Source of the DNA: Eledone cirrhosa
Taxonomy: Eukaryota
Assembly: GCA_964016885.1 (NCBI GenBank)
Contig: OZ024765.1
Coordinates: forward strand, 4,340,001-4,404,000
Direction of reading: 5' to 3'
Length of the DNA: 64,000 nucleotides
In this document: positions 52,976 through 64,000 of the stretch, in pieces
How the letters are laid out: the number at the start of each line of letters is the position of its first letter
Numbering within the stretch: the first letter of the stretch is position 1
Position numbers and translations under genes: made by a program
Notes under the pieces: model-generated
Database searches by the model: none
What the model saw: only the letters and a program-made list of their open reading frames with translations
What the model was told of the DNA's origin: nothing

Positions 52976-53496
52976 CCTGTTGACTGTCGTGTATATTTTA
53001 CACAGATACAGTTGCTGTGCTGGGGTTTTTTTCTTTCAGTAAAATGATTATTTTTTTAAACAAACATTTATGAACAACACATATCTGAATGATTGACAAA
53101 CGTCACATCAATAAACTAGTAACCCCATCTAGCTTTGAAGTTATGAACTGTTGGAAACAAGTTCATAAAATTGAAGTTGTGAACTGTTGGAAACGAGTTC
53201 ATAACTTTGAAGTTCATAACTTTGGAGTTCATAACTTTGAAGTTATGAACTGTTGGAAAAGAGTTCATAACTTTGAAGTTATGAACTGTTGGAAACGAGT
53301 TCATAGCTTTGAAGTTATGAACTTTTGGAAACGAGTTCATAGCTTTGAAGTTGTGAACTGTTGGAAAAGAGTTCATAACTTTGAAGTTATGAACTGTTGA
53401 AAACGAGTTCATACATGTTAGGATGAATTATCTTGTCCATGGCACTGGAATGTAAACATGTTAGGGCGAATTATCTCATCAACGGCACTGAAGAGG
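52976..53496. mobile_element. piggyBac-like MITE M3 containing 36-bp hairpin tandem repeats at 53130-53412
   Basis: TTAA-CCTGTTGACTG ... CACTGAAGAGG-TTAA. The internal unit is CTTTGAAGTTATGAACTGTTGGAAACGAGTTCATAA. Confidence 0.6.
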
Positions 53497-53939
53497 TTAA
53501 ATCTGAGGTTAACTTTGCTTTTCATCCTTCCGATGTCTATAAAATAAAGTACCAGTCATGTACTGGTGTTGGAGTAATCAACTTTCTCCCCACTTCCTGT
53601 CAAATTAGTGGCTTTTCATTTCACATTCCCCACTACCTTTCAATAATAACTATTTTCTACTGTTATGTAACGTAGCTTTGTCATCCTGCTTGGTTGAAAG
53701 CTACTTTAGATGGAAATTAGAAAATAAGGTGTCATACTGGTGTCATCATTGCAATATGTGTGTGTGTGTGTGTGTATGTGCATCTGTGTGTGTATGTGTG
53801 TGTATATATATATATATATTAGTGTGAGAGAGTATGTATATGAGTGTGTGTATGTGAGTGTGTATATATATATATTAGTGTTGCATGTGTGAGAGTGTGT
53901 GTATGTGAGTGTGTATATATATATATATATTAGTGTTGC

Positions 53940-56900
53940 ATGTGTGAGAGTGTATATATATGTATGTATTAGTGTGGCGTGTGTGTATATATATATGAGA
54001 GTGTATATATATGTATGTATTAGTGTGGCATGTGTGTATGTATGTGAGAGTGTATATATATGTATGTATTAGTGTGGCGTGTGTGTATATATATGAGAGT
54101 GTATATATATGTATGTATTAGTGTGGCGTGTGTGTATGTATGTGAGAGTGTATATATATGTATGTATTAGTGTGGCGTGTGTGTATGTATGTGAGAGTGT
54201 ATATATATGTATGTATTAGTGTGGCGTGTGTGTATGTATGTGAGAGTGTATATATATGTATGTATTAGTGTGGCGTGTGTGTATATATGTGAGAGTGTAT
54301 ATATATGTATGTATTAGTGTGGCATGTGTGTATGTATGTGAGAGTGTATATATATGTATGTATTAGTGTGGCATGTGTGTATGTATGTGAGAGTGTATAT
54401 ATATGTATGTATTAGTGTGGCATGTGTGTATGTATGTGAGAGTGTATATATATGTATGTATTAGTGTGGCATGTGTGTATGTATGTGAGAGTGTATATAT
54501 ATGTATGTATTAGTGTGGCGTGTGTGTATATATGTGAGAGTGTATATATATGTATGTATTAGTGTGGCGTGTGTGTATGTATGTGAGAGTGTATATATAT
54601 GTATGTATTAGTGTGGCGTGTGTGTATGTATGTGAGAGTGTATATATATGTATGTATTAGTGTGGCGTGTGTGTATGTATGTGAGAGTGTATATATATGT
54701 ATGTATTAGTGTGGCGTGTGTGTATGTATGTGAGAGTGTATATATATGTATGTATTAGTGTGGCATGTGTGTATGTATGTGAGAGTGTATATATATGTAT
54801 GTATTAGTGTGGCGTGTGTGTATATATATGAGAGTGTATATATATGTATGTATTAGTGTGGCGTGTGTGTATGTATGTGAGAGTGTATATATATGTATGT
54901 ATTAGTGTGGCATGTGTGTATGTATGTGAGAGTGTATATATATGTATGTATTAGTGTGGCGTGTGTGTATGTATGTGAGAGTGTATATATATGTATGTAT
55001 TAGTGTGGCATGTGTGTATGTATGTGAGAGTGTATATATATGTATGTATTAGTGTGGCATGTGTGTATGTATGTGAGAGTGTATATATATGTATGTATTA
55101 GTGTGGCATGTGTGTATGTATGTGAGAGTGTATATATATGTATGTATTAGTATGGCATGTGTGTATGTATGTGAGAGTGTATATATATGTATGTATTAGT
55201 GTGGCATGTGTGTATGTATGTGAGAGTGTATATATATGTATGTATTAGTGTGGCATGTGTGTATGTATGTGAGAGTGTATATATATGTATGTATTAGTAT
55301 GGCATGTGTGTATGTATGTGAGAGTGTATATATATGTATGTATTAGTGTGGCATGTGTGTATGTATGTGAGAGTGTATATATATGTATGTATTAGTGTGG
55401 AATGTGTGTATGTATGTGAGAGTGTATATATATGTATGTATTAGTGTGGCGTGTGTGTATGTATGTGAGAGTGTATATATATGTATGTATTAGTGTGGCG
55501 TGTGTGTATGTATGTGAGAGTGTATATATATGTATGTATTAGTGTGGCGTGTGTGTATGTATGTGAGAGTGTATATATATGTATGTATTAGTGTGGCGTG
55601 TGTGTATGTATGTGAGAGTGTATATATATGTATGTATTAGTGTGGCATGTGTGTATGTATGTGAGAGTGTATATATATGTATGTATTAGTGTGGCGTGTG
55701 TGTATATATATGAGAGTGTATATATATGTATGTATTAGTGTGGCGTGTGTGTATGTATGTGAGAGTGTATATATATGTATGTATTAGTGTGGCATGTGTG
55801 TATGTATGTGAGAGTGTATATATATGTATGTATTAGTGTGGCGTGTGTGTATGTATGTGAGAGTGTATATATATGTATGTATTAGTGTGGCATGTGTGTA
55901 TGTATGTGAGAGTGTATATATATGTATGTATTAGTGTGGCATGTGTGTATGTATGTGAGAGTGTATATATATGTATGTATTAGTGTGGCATGTGTGTATG
56001 TATGTGAGAGTGTATATATATGTATGTATTAGTATGGCATGTGTGTATGTATGTGAGAGTGTATATATATGTATGTATTAGTGTGGCATGTGTGTATGTA
56101 TGTGAGAGTGTATATATATGTATGTATTAGTGTGGCATGTGTGTATGTATGTGAGAGTGTATATATATGTATGTATTAGTATGGCATGTGTGTATGTATG
56201 TGAGAGTGTATATATATGTATGTATTAGTGTGGCATGTGTGTATGTATGTGAGAGTGTATATATATGTATGTATTAGTGTGGAATGTGTGTATGTATGTG
56301 AGAGTGTATATATATGTATGTATTAGTGTGGCGTGTGTGTATGTATGTGAGAGTGTATATATATGTATGTATTAGTGTGGCGTGTGTGTATGTATGTGAG
56401 AGTGTATATATATGTATGTATTAGTGTGGCGTGTGTGTATGTATGTGAGAGTGTATATATATGTATGTATTAGTGTGGCGTGTGTGTATGTATGTGAGAG
56501 TGTATATATATGTATGTATTAGTGTGGCATGTGTGTATGTATGTGAGAGTGTATATATATGTATGTATTAGTGTGGCGTGTGTGTATGTATGTGAGAGTG
56601 TATATATATGTATGTATTAGTGTGGCATGTGTGTATGTATGTGAGAGTGTATATATATGTATGTATTAGTGTGGCATGTGTGTATGTATGTGAGAGTGTA
56701 TATATATGTATGTATTAGTGTGGCATGTGTGTATGTATGTGAGAGTGTATATATATGTATGTATTAGTATGGCATGTGTGTATGTATGTGAGAGTGTATA
56801 TATATGTATGTATTAGTGTGGCATGTGTGTATGTATGTGAGAGTGTATATATATGTATGTATTAGTGTGGCATGTGTGTATGTATGTGAGAGTGTATATA

Positions 56901-57368
56901 TATGTATGTATTAGTATGGCATGTGTGTATGTATGTGAGAGTGTATATATATGTATGTATTAGTGTGGCATGTGTGTATGTATGTGAGAGTGTATATATA
57001 TGTATGTATTAGTGTGGAATGTGTGTATGTATGTGAGAGTGTATATATATGTATGTATTAGTGTGGCGTGTGTGTATGTATGTGAGAGTGTATATATATG
57101 TATGTATTAGTGTGGCGTGTGTGTATGTATGTGAGAGTGTATATATATGTATGTATTAGTGTGGCGTGTGTGTATGTATGTGAGAGTGTATATATATGTA
57201 TGTATTAGTGTGGCGTGTGTGTATGTATGTGAGAGTGTATATATATGTATGTATTAGTGTGGCATGTGTGTATGTATGTGAGAGTGTATATATATGTATG
57301 TATTAGTGTGGCGTGTGTGTATGTATGTGAGAGTGTATATATATGTATGTATTAGTGTGGCGTGTGTG
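53940..57368. repeat. 49-bp minisatellite (~70 copies) with higher-order blocks
   Basis: The unit is GTGTGTATGTATGTGAGAGTGTATATATATGTATGTATTAGTGTGGCRT. A rare GGAAT variant occurs at 55401, 56283 and 57018. Confidence 0.95.
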
Positions 57369-57452
57369 ACAGAAAGGATTACAACAGGAGACTGTCTTCT
57401 GCTGTGTGTTAATACAGTTAACTCTTCACACTTAACATTATCTCCTATGACA

Positions 57453-58500
57453 ACCTTCTCTCATCCTCATCTCCCTCTCCCCTCATCCTTCTCTCATCCC
57501 CACCTTCCTCTCATCCTCATCTCCCTCTTTATCTTCTCTCATCCTCATCTCCCTCTCCCCTCATCCTTCTCTCATCCCCACCTTCCTCTCATCCTCATCT
57601 CCCTCTTTATCTTCTCTCATCCTCATCTCCCTCTCCCCTCATCCTTCTCTCATCCTCACCTTCCTCTCATCCTCATCTCCCCTTTATCTTCTCTCATCCT
57701 CATCTCCCTCTCCCCTCATCCTTCTCTCATCCTCACCTTCCTCTCATCCTCATCTCCCCTTTATCTTCTCTCATCCTCATCTCCCTCTCCCCTCATCCTT
57801 CTCTCATCCCCACCTTCCTCTCATCCTCATCTCCCTCTTTATCTTCTCTCATCCTCATCTCCCTCTCCCCTCATCCTTCTCTCATCCTCACCTTCCTCTC
57901 ATCCTCATCTCCCCTTTATCTTCTCTCATCCTCATCTCCCTCTCCCCTCATCCTTCTCTCATCCCCACCTTCCTCTCATCCTCATCTCCCTCTTTATCTT
58001 CTCTCATCCTCATCGCCCTCTCCCCTCATCCTTCCTCTCATCCCCACCTTCCTCTCATCCTCATCTCCCTCTTTATCTTCTCTCATCCTCATCTCCCTCT
58101 CCCCTCATCCTTCTCTCATCCTCACCTTCCTCTCATCCTCATCTCCCTCTTTATCTTCTCTCATCCTCATCGCCCTCTCCCCTCATCCTTCCTCTCATCG
58201 CCACCTTCCTCTCATCCTCATCTCCCCTTTATCTCCTCTCATATTCATTTCCTCCTCTCATCCTTCTCTCCTCTTCATCTCTTTCTCCTCCTCCTCTCCC
58301 ATCTTCCTCATCACTTTATCACCTTCCCATCCTCTTCCTCTCATCACCTCTTTATCTCGTTCTCTCATCCTCATCTTCCTCTCCTCCTCTCATCCCATCC
58401 ACCTTTCCTCTCACCCTTCTCTCTTTCACATCTCATCTCATTCTCTTCCTCGTCTCTTCCTCCTACCCCCCCCACTCCTCCCCCCACTTCATCTCATCAC
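57453..58500. repeat. ~78-bp polypyrimidine minisatellite decaying into low complexity
   Basis: CTTCTCTCATCCTCATCTCCCTCTCCCCTCATC recurs. Confidence 0.9.
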
Positions 58501-58586
58501 AGATTCAGTTCTACTTTGACATCTTTGGTTTTAACTTAAAGAGAGATAGTTTATCTCTTGGCATTGAAACATATGATTAAAGAAAT

Positions 58587-59345
58587 ATCACCACCACCAC
58601 CACTACCACCACCACCACCACCACTACCACCACCACCACCATCATCATCACTACCACCAGCACCACCACCACCATCATCACTACCATCATCATCACTACC
58701 ATCATCATCACCTCGCCTAACACCACCACCATAATCACATCACCACCATCACCAACACCTACATCACCAACACCATATTCAGCATCACCACCACCACCAC
58801 CACCACTACCACCACCATCACCACCACTACCATCCACACTACCACTACCACCATCACTACCACCATCACCATCACTACTACCACCATCACCATCACTACT
58901 ACCACTACCACCACCACCACCACCATAACTACCACCATCACTACCACTACCACCACCACTACCACCACCATCACTACCACCACCACCACCACCACCATAA
59001 CTACCACCATCACTACCACCACCACCACCACCACCATCACCACCACCACCACCACCACCACTACTACCACCACCACCACCACCACCACCACCACCACCAC
59101 CACCACCACCATTACCATTACTATTATTACCATCATCACCAACATTACCACCACCATCACTATCACCATCATCACCATCATCAACTATCATAATCACTAA
59201 TCATCACCACTACCACCACCACTATCACTGCTATCACCACCACCACCACCACCACTATCATCATCATTAATCAACACCACTACCATCAACAGAACATACC
59301 CACCACCAGCACCTACCCCACCAAGACCACTACCATCACCACCAT
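58587..59345. repeat. (CCA/CAT)n tract
   Basis: Read directly. Confidence 0.95.
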
Positions 59346-59657
59346 ATTCAGGTAATCTACCCCCTCTTTCTTGCCTTTCCTAGAACAACCTCCACTCCAC
59401 CCCTACTCACTCCACATTCCAAGAGCAGTTATCTCCCTTGTCAAAATCAAGTTACATATCCATTCCCCATCAATGACTCCATGTTTGATCTCGACGACCA
59501 AGTCTTCCATGTTGTTCTCTCTTTAAAGACTTTCAAATCAGCGACAAAATAAATGAAAATAAATAAATAGGAAAAATAAAAAAAATATAATGGACTTTCT
59601 AATAACATTGAGCTGTTTGATATGCTGAAAATAACAGTTTAAATCTTTATCAAATCA

Positions 59658-60338
59658 TACTCTGGAGAGAAATGAAGCAGCCACGCTTCGTTGGATATAC
59701 AAATCTAAATGTGAGAGAAAGGCAGAGCTTGGATAAACTAAGGGAGAAGCTGGGTTGAAGAGGAATCTGAAGTGGTGTGCAAGAGAGAAGACTGTGTCGG
59801 TATGGGCATGTGATGTGCATGGATGGTGATCACTGGGTTTAAGAGGAATCTGAAGTGGTATGCAAGTGAGATGACTGCATTGGTATAGACATGTGATCTG
59901 CATGGATGGTGATCACTGGGGGTAGAAGTGCCAGGAAATCTCAGTGTAAGGAAGCCACACTAGAGGAAGACCAAGAAAGACCTGGGCAGAGGTAGTGAAA
60001 GCTGAAGGCAGGAGAGAAATGAAGCAACCACGCTTCATTGAATGTGCAATGTAAATATAAGAGAAAGGCAGAGCTTGGATGAGCTGAGGGAGAAGCTGGG
60101 TTTAAGAAGAATTTGAGGTGATGTGCAAGAGAGAAGACTGCGTTGGTACAGACATGTGATGTGCATGGATGGGGATAACTGGGTGAATAAGTGTCAAGAA
60201 ATTCCAGTGGAAGGAAACTGTAGTAGAGGTAGACCAAGGAAGACCTAGGTAGAGGTGGTGAGAACTGATCTTCAAATTGCTTGCTGAGGCCTACAGAAGA
60301 GATAACGAAGGATGTGACAAGTAGAGATGCTGTGCTTT
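59658..60338 (+). mobile_element. Rearranged, duplicated old RTE 3' fragments
   Basis: LERNEA...KLGLRGI...ERRL.WY.HV...GRPRKTW motifs appear 2-3 times with stops. Confidence 0.75.
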
Positions 60339-60444
60339 CACACAAACACACACACATTCATTTACACAAACACACACACATTTACACAAACATACATATA
60401 CACTCACACAGCATAGTTTGTTCACCAGCCCCTTCCTTCCTTTT

Positions 60445-61682
60445 AAACAGGCTATAACAGAGGGGTTTAAGACTGGCTGCTAATGGGAACTTCTATATGC
60501 AGATGATCTAACTCTCATAGCTGAATCTATGGCTGAACTAGAGAGGGAGTTCCAAACATGGAAGCATGGCCTTGAATCAAAAGGCCTTAGAATCAACTTG
60601 TCTAAGACTAAGGTTCTAATATGAAGAAAGGAGAATAGGGCTCAGGTACCCTCTGGGAAATGGCCATGCTCAATGTGGAAGAAAGGAGTAGGCAGAAACT
60701 CCATTCTATGTCCCAAATGCAAAATATTGGTACATAAAACATGTAGTGTGATAACAGGTAAGCTATCTAAGAATGTAGATTTTATATGTGGCCAATGCTC
60801 AGGTGTAGTAAGTAGCAAGGACCCACTGGATGATATCGCCTTCAACTGCCCAGATGGTTCTATAGAAATAGTAGATACCTTCCATTACCTGGGTGACAAA
60901 ATCAGCAGTGGTGGAGGGTGTTCTGGAAGTGTAGTAGTCAGAGTAAGAACGGGATGGAAAAAGTTCAGAGAGCTAATACCGCTGTTGGCCACAGAAATGA
61001 AAGGCAGATTGTATGATGCTTGTATATGAATGGCGATATTACATGGTAGTGAGACTTGGGTGTTGTGTGCTGAAGACCTGCGTAGATTAGAAAGAAATGA
61101 AGCTTGCATGCTCCAATGGATGTGTAATAGTAATGTGCGTGAAAGGCGAAGCATAAACAAACTAAGAGGGAGACTAAGCATAAGAGGTATCAAATGTTGT
61201 GTTCTGGAGAGGAGGTTGTGTTGGTATGGACATGTGATGAGTATGAAGGATGAAAGGTGTATAAGAAAGTGCAGAACAATGAAAATTGATGGAAGCTGTG
61301 GAGTGGGGACCAAGAAAAACCTGGGATGAGGTGATAAAAACTGACCTTGCTCAGTTACACCTCTCTAAGACAATGACACTGGATCGTGACCTTTGGTGCC
61401 CTGCAGTTGTACAGAAGACCCGACTGCCATTGCATACAAACCTACAGTCAGTAGGCACCTCTTAACCCAATGGACACCCCACCCCCGCACCCTACCCCAT
61501 CCTCCCTCTCCCGTTCCATCCACTGTGTCAATGACACAACAGTCCACACTGTAAGGTGGTCGTGTAGCAAACCTGCCGGAGAAGCTTCCGTGTGAGCGAG
61601 ACACGGTCTCCCGACCATTCCCGCATCAAATGGAACAAAACCGTCTAACCCATGCTAGCGTGGAAGATGGACGTTAAACGAA

Positions 61683-61710
<28 letters not shown>
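60445..61710 (+). mobile_element. 5'-truncated RTE-clade LINE (RT C-terminal half with an inserted PHD-like finger), decayed
   Basis: WELLYADDL at 60484-60510, then GLRINLSKTKV, a C4HC3-like finger, FHYLG, WKKFREL, ILHGSETW and RRLCWYGHV. It has in-frame stops and a (GAT)n tail. Confidence 0.9.
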
Positions 61711-61713
<3 letters not shown>

Positions 61714-61932
61714 CACATAGGCAGCAGACGTAAAGAGAGAGAGGAGTAGTATGAGGTAGACAAACTACTCCCCCCTCTTTACGTGTTGTGACAGAATCAC
61801 AGAAATTTATATATAGATTTACATAAATCATAAAGTAGTAAATTATCAGAATTAAATCATAAAGTAGTAAATTATCAACTGGATTAATAGGAGACAGTTG
61901 CTTCTGACAAGAACCCTAGCTGGAAAGGTTAA

Positions 61933-62156
61933 CTCTTTGACATTTACATTACTCTATATATATATACTATTGTAATTTTGCAGTAAAGGCTTTACCTCAC
62001 ATAATTATCTCACATAATATCGAATCTATGAGATTTTTATGTTATTTATGTTAAGAAAAATACCTTAAAATACGTATGAGTGGCCGGTTATCGCTGGTTT
62101 GGAAAGAAAGAGGTGAGGGAATTCTGGCCGGTCACGGCTGGTTTAAATACTAAAGG
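61933..62156. mobile_element. MITE M1, unamplified copy
   Basis: TTAA at 61929-61932 and 62157-62160; body colinear with 5799-6202. Confidence 0.85.
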
Positions 62157-62162
62157 GTTAAC

Positions 62163-62240
62163 AAACAATTCCTGCTTTTATTCATATGTCTATGTAAATA
62201 GGTATGTTTATGGTAGTAAATTGTAATCTCACCCCACCTT

Positions 62241-62336
<96 letters not shown>

Positions 62337-62418
62337 CAGAAAGGTGGGGTGAGATTACAATTTACTACCATAAACATACCTATTTACATAGACATATGAA
62401 TAAAAGCAGGAATTGTTT
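62163..62418. repeat. Palindrome centred on (CT)n(TA)n(GA)n
   Basis: The ~85-bp unique arms are exact reverse complements, and the ORF track gives mirrored peptides. Confidence 0.95.
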
Positions 62419-62857
62419 TGGCAAGTTTGCTCGACAAATCAGTGATTTGGAGATAAATATAGATAATTTAATATATCAACTAACATAAGCGCACAGATGC
62501 ACGCCCATGCTAGCAAATACACAGGTTATGTCATAGTACCTAGGTGGTTCAATGCAGGAGAATGCAGAACAATAATATAAAAGACGTAAAATAAGAAAAT
62601 ACTTTTTAAAAAAATTTAAAAAAATTTTTTTTTTTTTTTTTTTTTAAATTTTTTTTAAAAATTTTACCATCCCATTCCTTCTAACTAGCCTCTGTGTCAC
62701 GTGATTGATTCTTTAGAATCGGCCATTTGACCTGAAGCAGTGAGAATTTCGGTACATAGAATCCAGTCCTCGCCAGCTGTTCGATCTACCGAATTATTAT
62801 TATTTTTATATGAGCCGCCAGTGTCCGCGCATTGCCTGGAGACTTAACTGAGAATAG

Positions 62858-62939
62858 ACTCCCTGATGACGCAATGAATTCTCGACAGTTGGATTATGTA
62901 ACTGTCTTTATCCCATTGCAGAAACTAATTAGTTGGAGT
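62858..62939 (+). ncRNA. Type-I hammerhead ribozyme, family I, copy 1
   Basis: ACTCC-CTGATGA-CGCAATG...(GACAGTT/AACTGTC)...CATTGCA-GAAA-CTAATTAG-TT-GGAGT. Confidence 0.85.
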
Positions 62940-63415
62940 GAAAATTTAAGTAAGTAAGTAAAAAAATTTTAAAAAATTTTTTTAAAAAGTATTTTCTTAT
63001 TTTACGTCTTTTATATTATTGTTCTGCATTCTCCTGCATTGAACCACCTAGGTACTATGACATAACCTGTGTATTTGCTAGCATGGGCGTGCATCTGTGC
63101 GCTTATGTTAGTTGATATATTAAATTATCTATATTTATCTCCAAATCACTGATTTGTCGAGCAAACTTGCCAAAACCACTTCTAAAAAAATTTTTTGGGG
63201 TGTTAGTAGGCGTCAGTCATCTTACCATCCCATTCCTTCTAACTAGCCTCTGTGTCACGTGATTGATTCTTTAGAATCGGCCATTTGACCTGAAGCAGTG
63301 AGAATTTCGGTACATAGAATCCAGTCCTCGCCAGCTGTTCGATCTACCGAATTATTATTATTTTTATATGAGCCGCCAGTGTCCGCGCATTGCCTGGAGA
63401 CTTAACTGAGAATAG

Positions 63416-63497
63416 ACTCCCTGATGACGCAATGAATTCTCGACAGTTGGATTATGTAACTGTCTTTATCCCATTGCAGAAACTAATTAGTTGGAGT
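63416..63497 (+). ncRNA. Type-I hammerhead ribozyme, family I, copy 2 (copy 3 begins at 63974 and is cut by the window edge)
   Basis: Identical to copy 1, offset by 558. Confidence 0.85.
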
Positions 63498-64000
63498 GAA
63501 AATTTAAGTAAGTAAGTAAAAAAATTTTAAAAAATTTTTTTAAAAAGTATTTTCTTATTTTACGTCTTTTATATTATTGTTCTGCATTCTCCTGCATTGA
63601 ACCACCTAGGTACTATGACATAACCTGTGTATTTGCTAGCATGGGCGTGCATCTGTGCGCTTATGTTAGTTGATATATTAAATTATCTATATTTATCTCC
63701 AAATCACTGATTTGTCGAGCAAACTTGCCAAAACCACTTCTAAAAAAATTTTTTGGGGTGTTAGTAGGCGTCAGTCATCTTACCATCCCATTCCTTCTAA
63801 CTAGCCTCTGTGTCACGTGATTGATTCTTTAGAATCGGCCATTTGACCTGAAGCAGTGAGAATTTCGGTACATAGAATCCAGTCCTCGCCAGCTGTTCGA
63901 TCTACCGAATTATTATTATTTTTATATGAGCCGCCAGTGTCCGCGCATTGCCTGGAGACTTAACTGAGAATAGACTCCCTGATGACGCAATGAATTCTCG

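Larger units (their letters stand above)
62415..64000 (+). mobile_element. Retrozyme or Penelope-like array: inverted partial unit (62415-62629) plus head-to-tail 558-bp units running off the window
   Basis: TTACCATCCCATTCC occurs at 62664, 63222 and 63780. 62415-62629 is the reverse complement of ~62960-63176. Confidence 0.85.

Noticed and set aside
53130-53412. CRISPR-like 36-bp palindromic repeats
   Set aside because: There are no unique spacers and no cas genes, and the context is eukaryotic.
57294-58580. 428-aa Ser/Pro/Leu-rich ORF
   Set aside because: It is a translation of a polypyrimidine minisatellite.

Overview
Repeat-saturated, AT-rich animal genomic DNA, intergenic or intronic, with one 200-N gap at 11049-11248. 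The SINE, RTE and microsatellite landscape suggests an octopus or other coleoid cephalopod (inference). No intact cellular gene is supportable, and the long ORFs in the track are translations of satellites. The window holds tRNA-derived SINEs of two families, decayed RTE, Vingi-like and CRE-like LINE fragments, piggyBac-, hAT- and mariner-like MITEs, and many mini-satellites, several visibly born from MITE or SINE parts. The main hidden signal is about 15 complete type-I hammerhead ribozyme (HHR) motifs from at least 9 unrelated sequence families, plus decayed ones. Each follows stem I-CUGANGA-stem II-GAAA-short, mostly palindromic stem III-NUH-stem I'. They sit in short non-coding elements, most abutting (TA)n tracts and often forming fold-back palindromes. 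At the right end, a 558-bp tandem array carries one HHR per unit. This is the architecture of non-autonomous Penelope-like elements and retrozymes. All folds were made by eye and need computational and biochemical confirmation.
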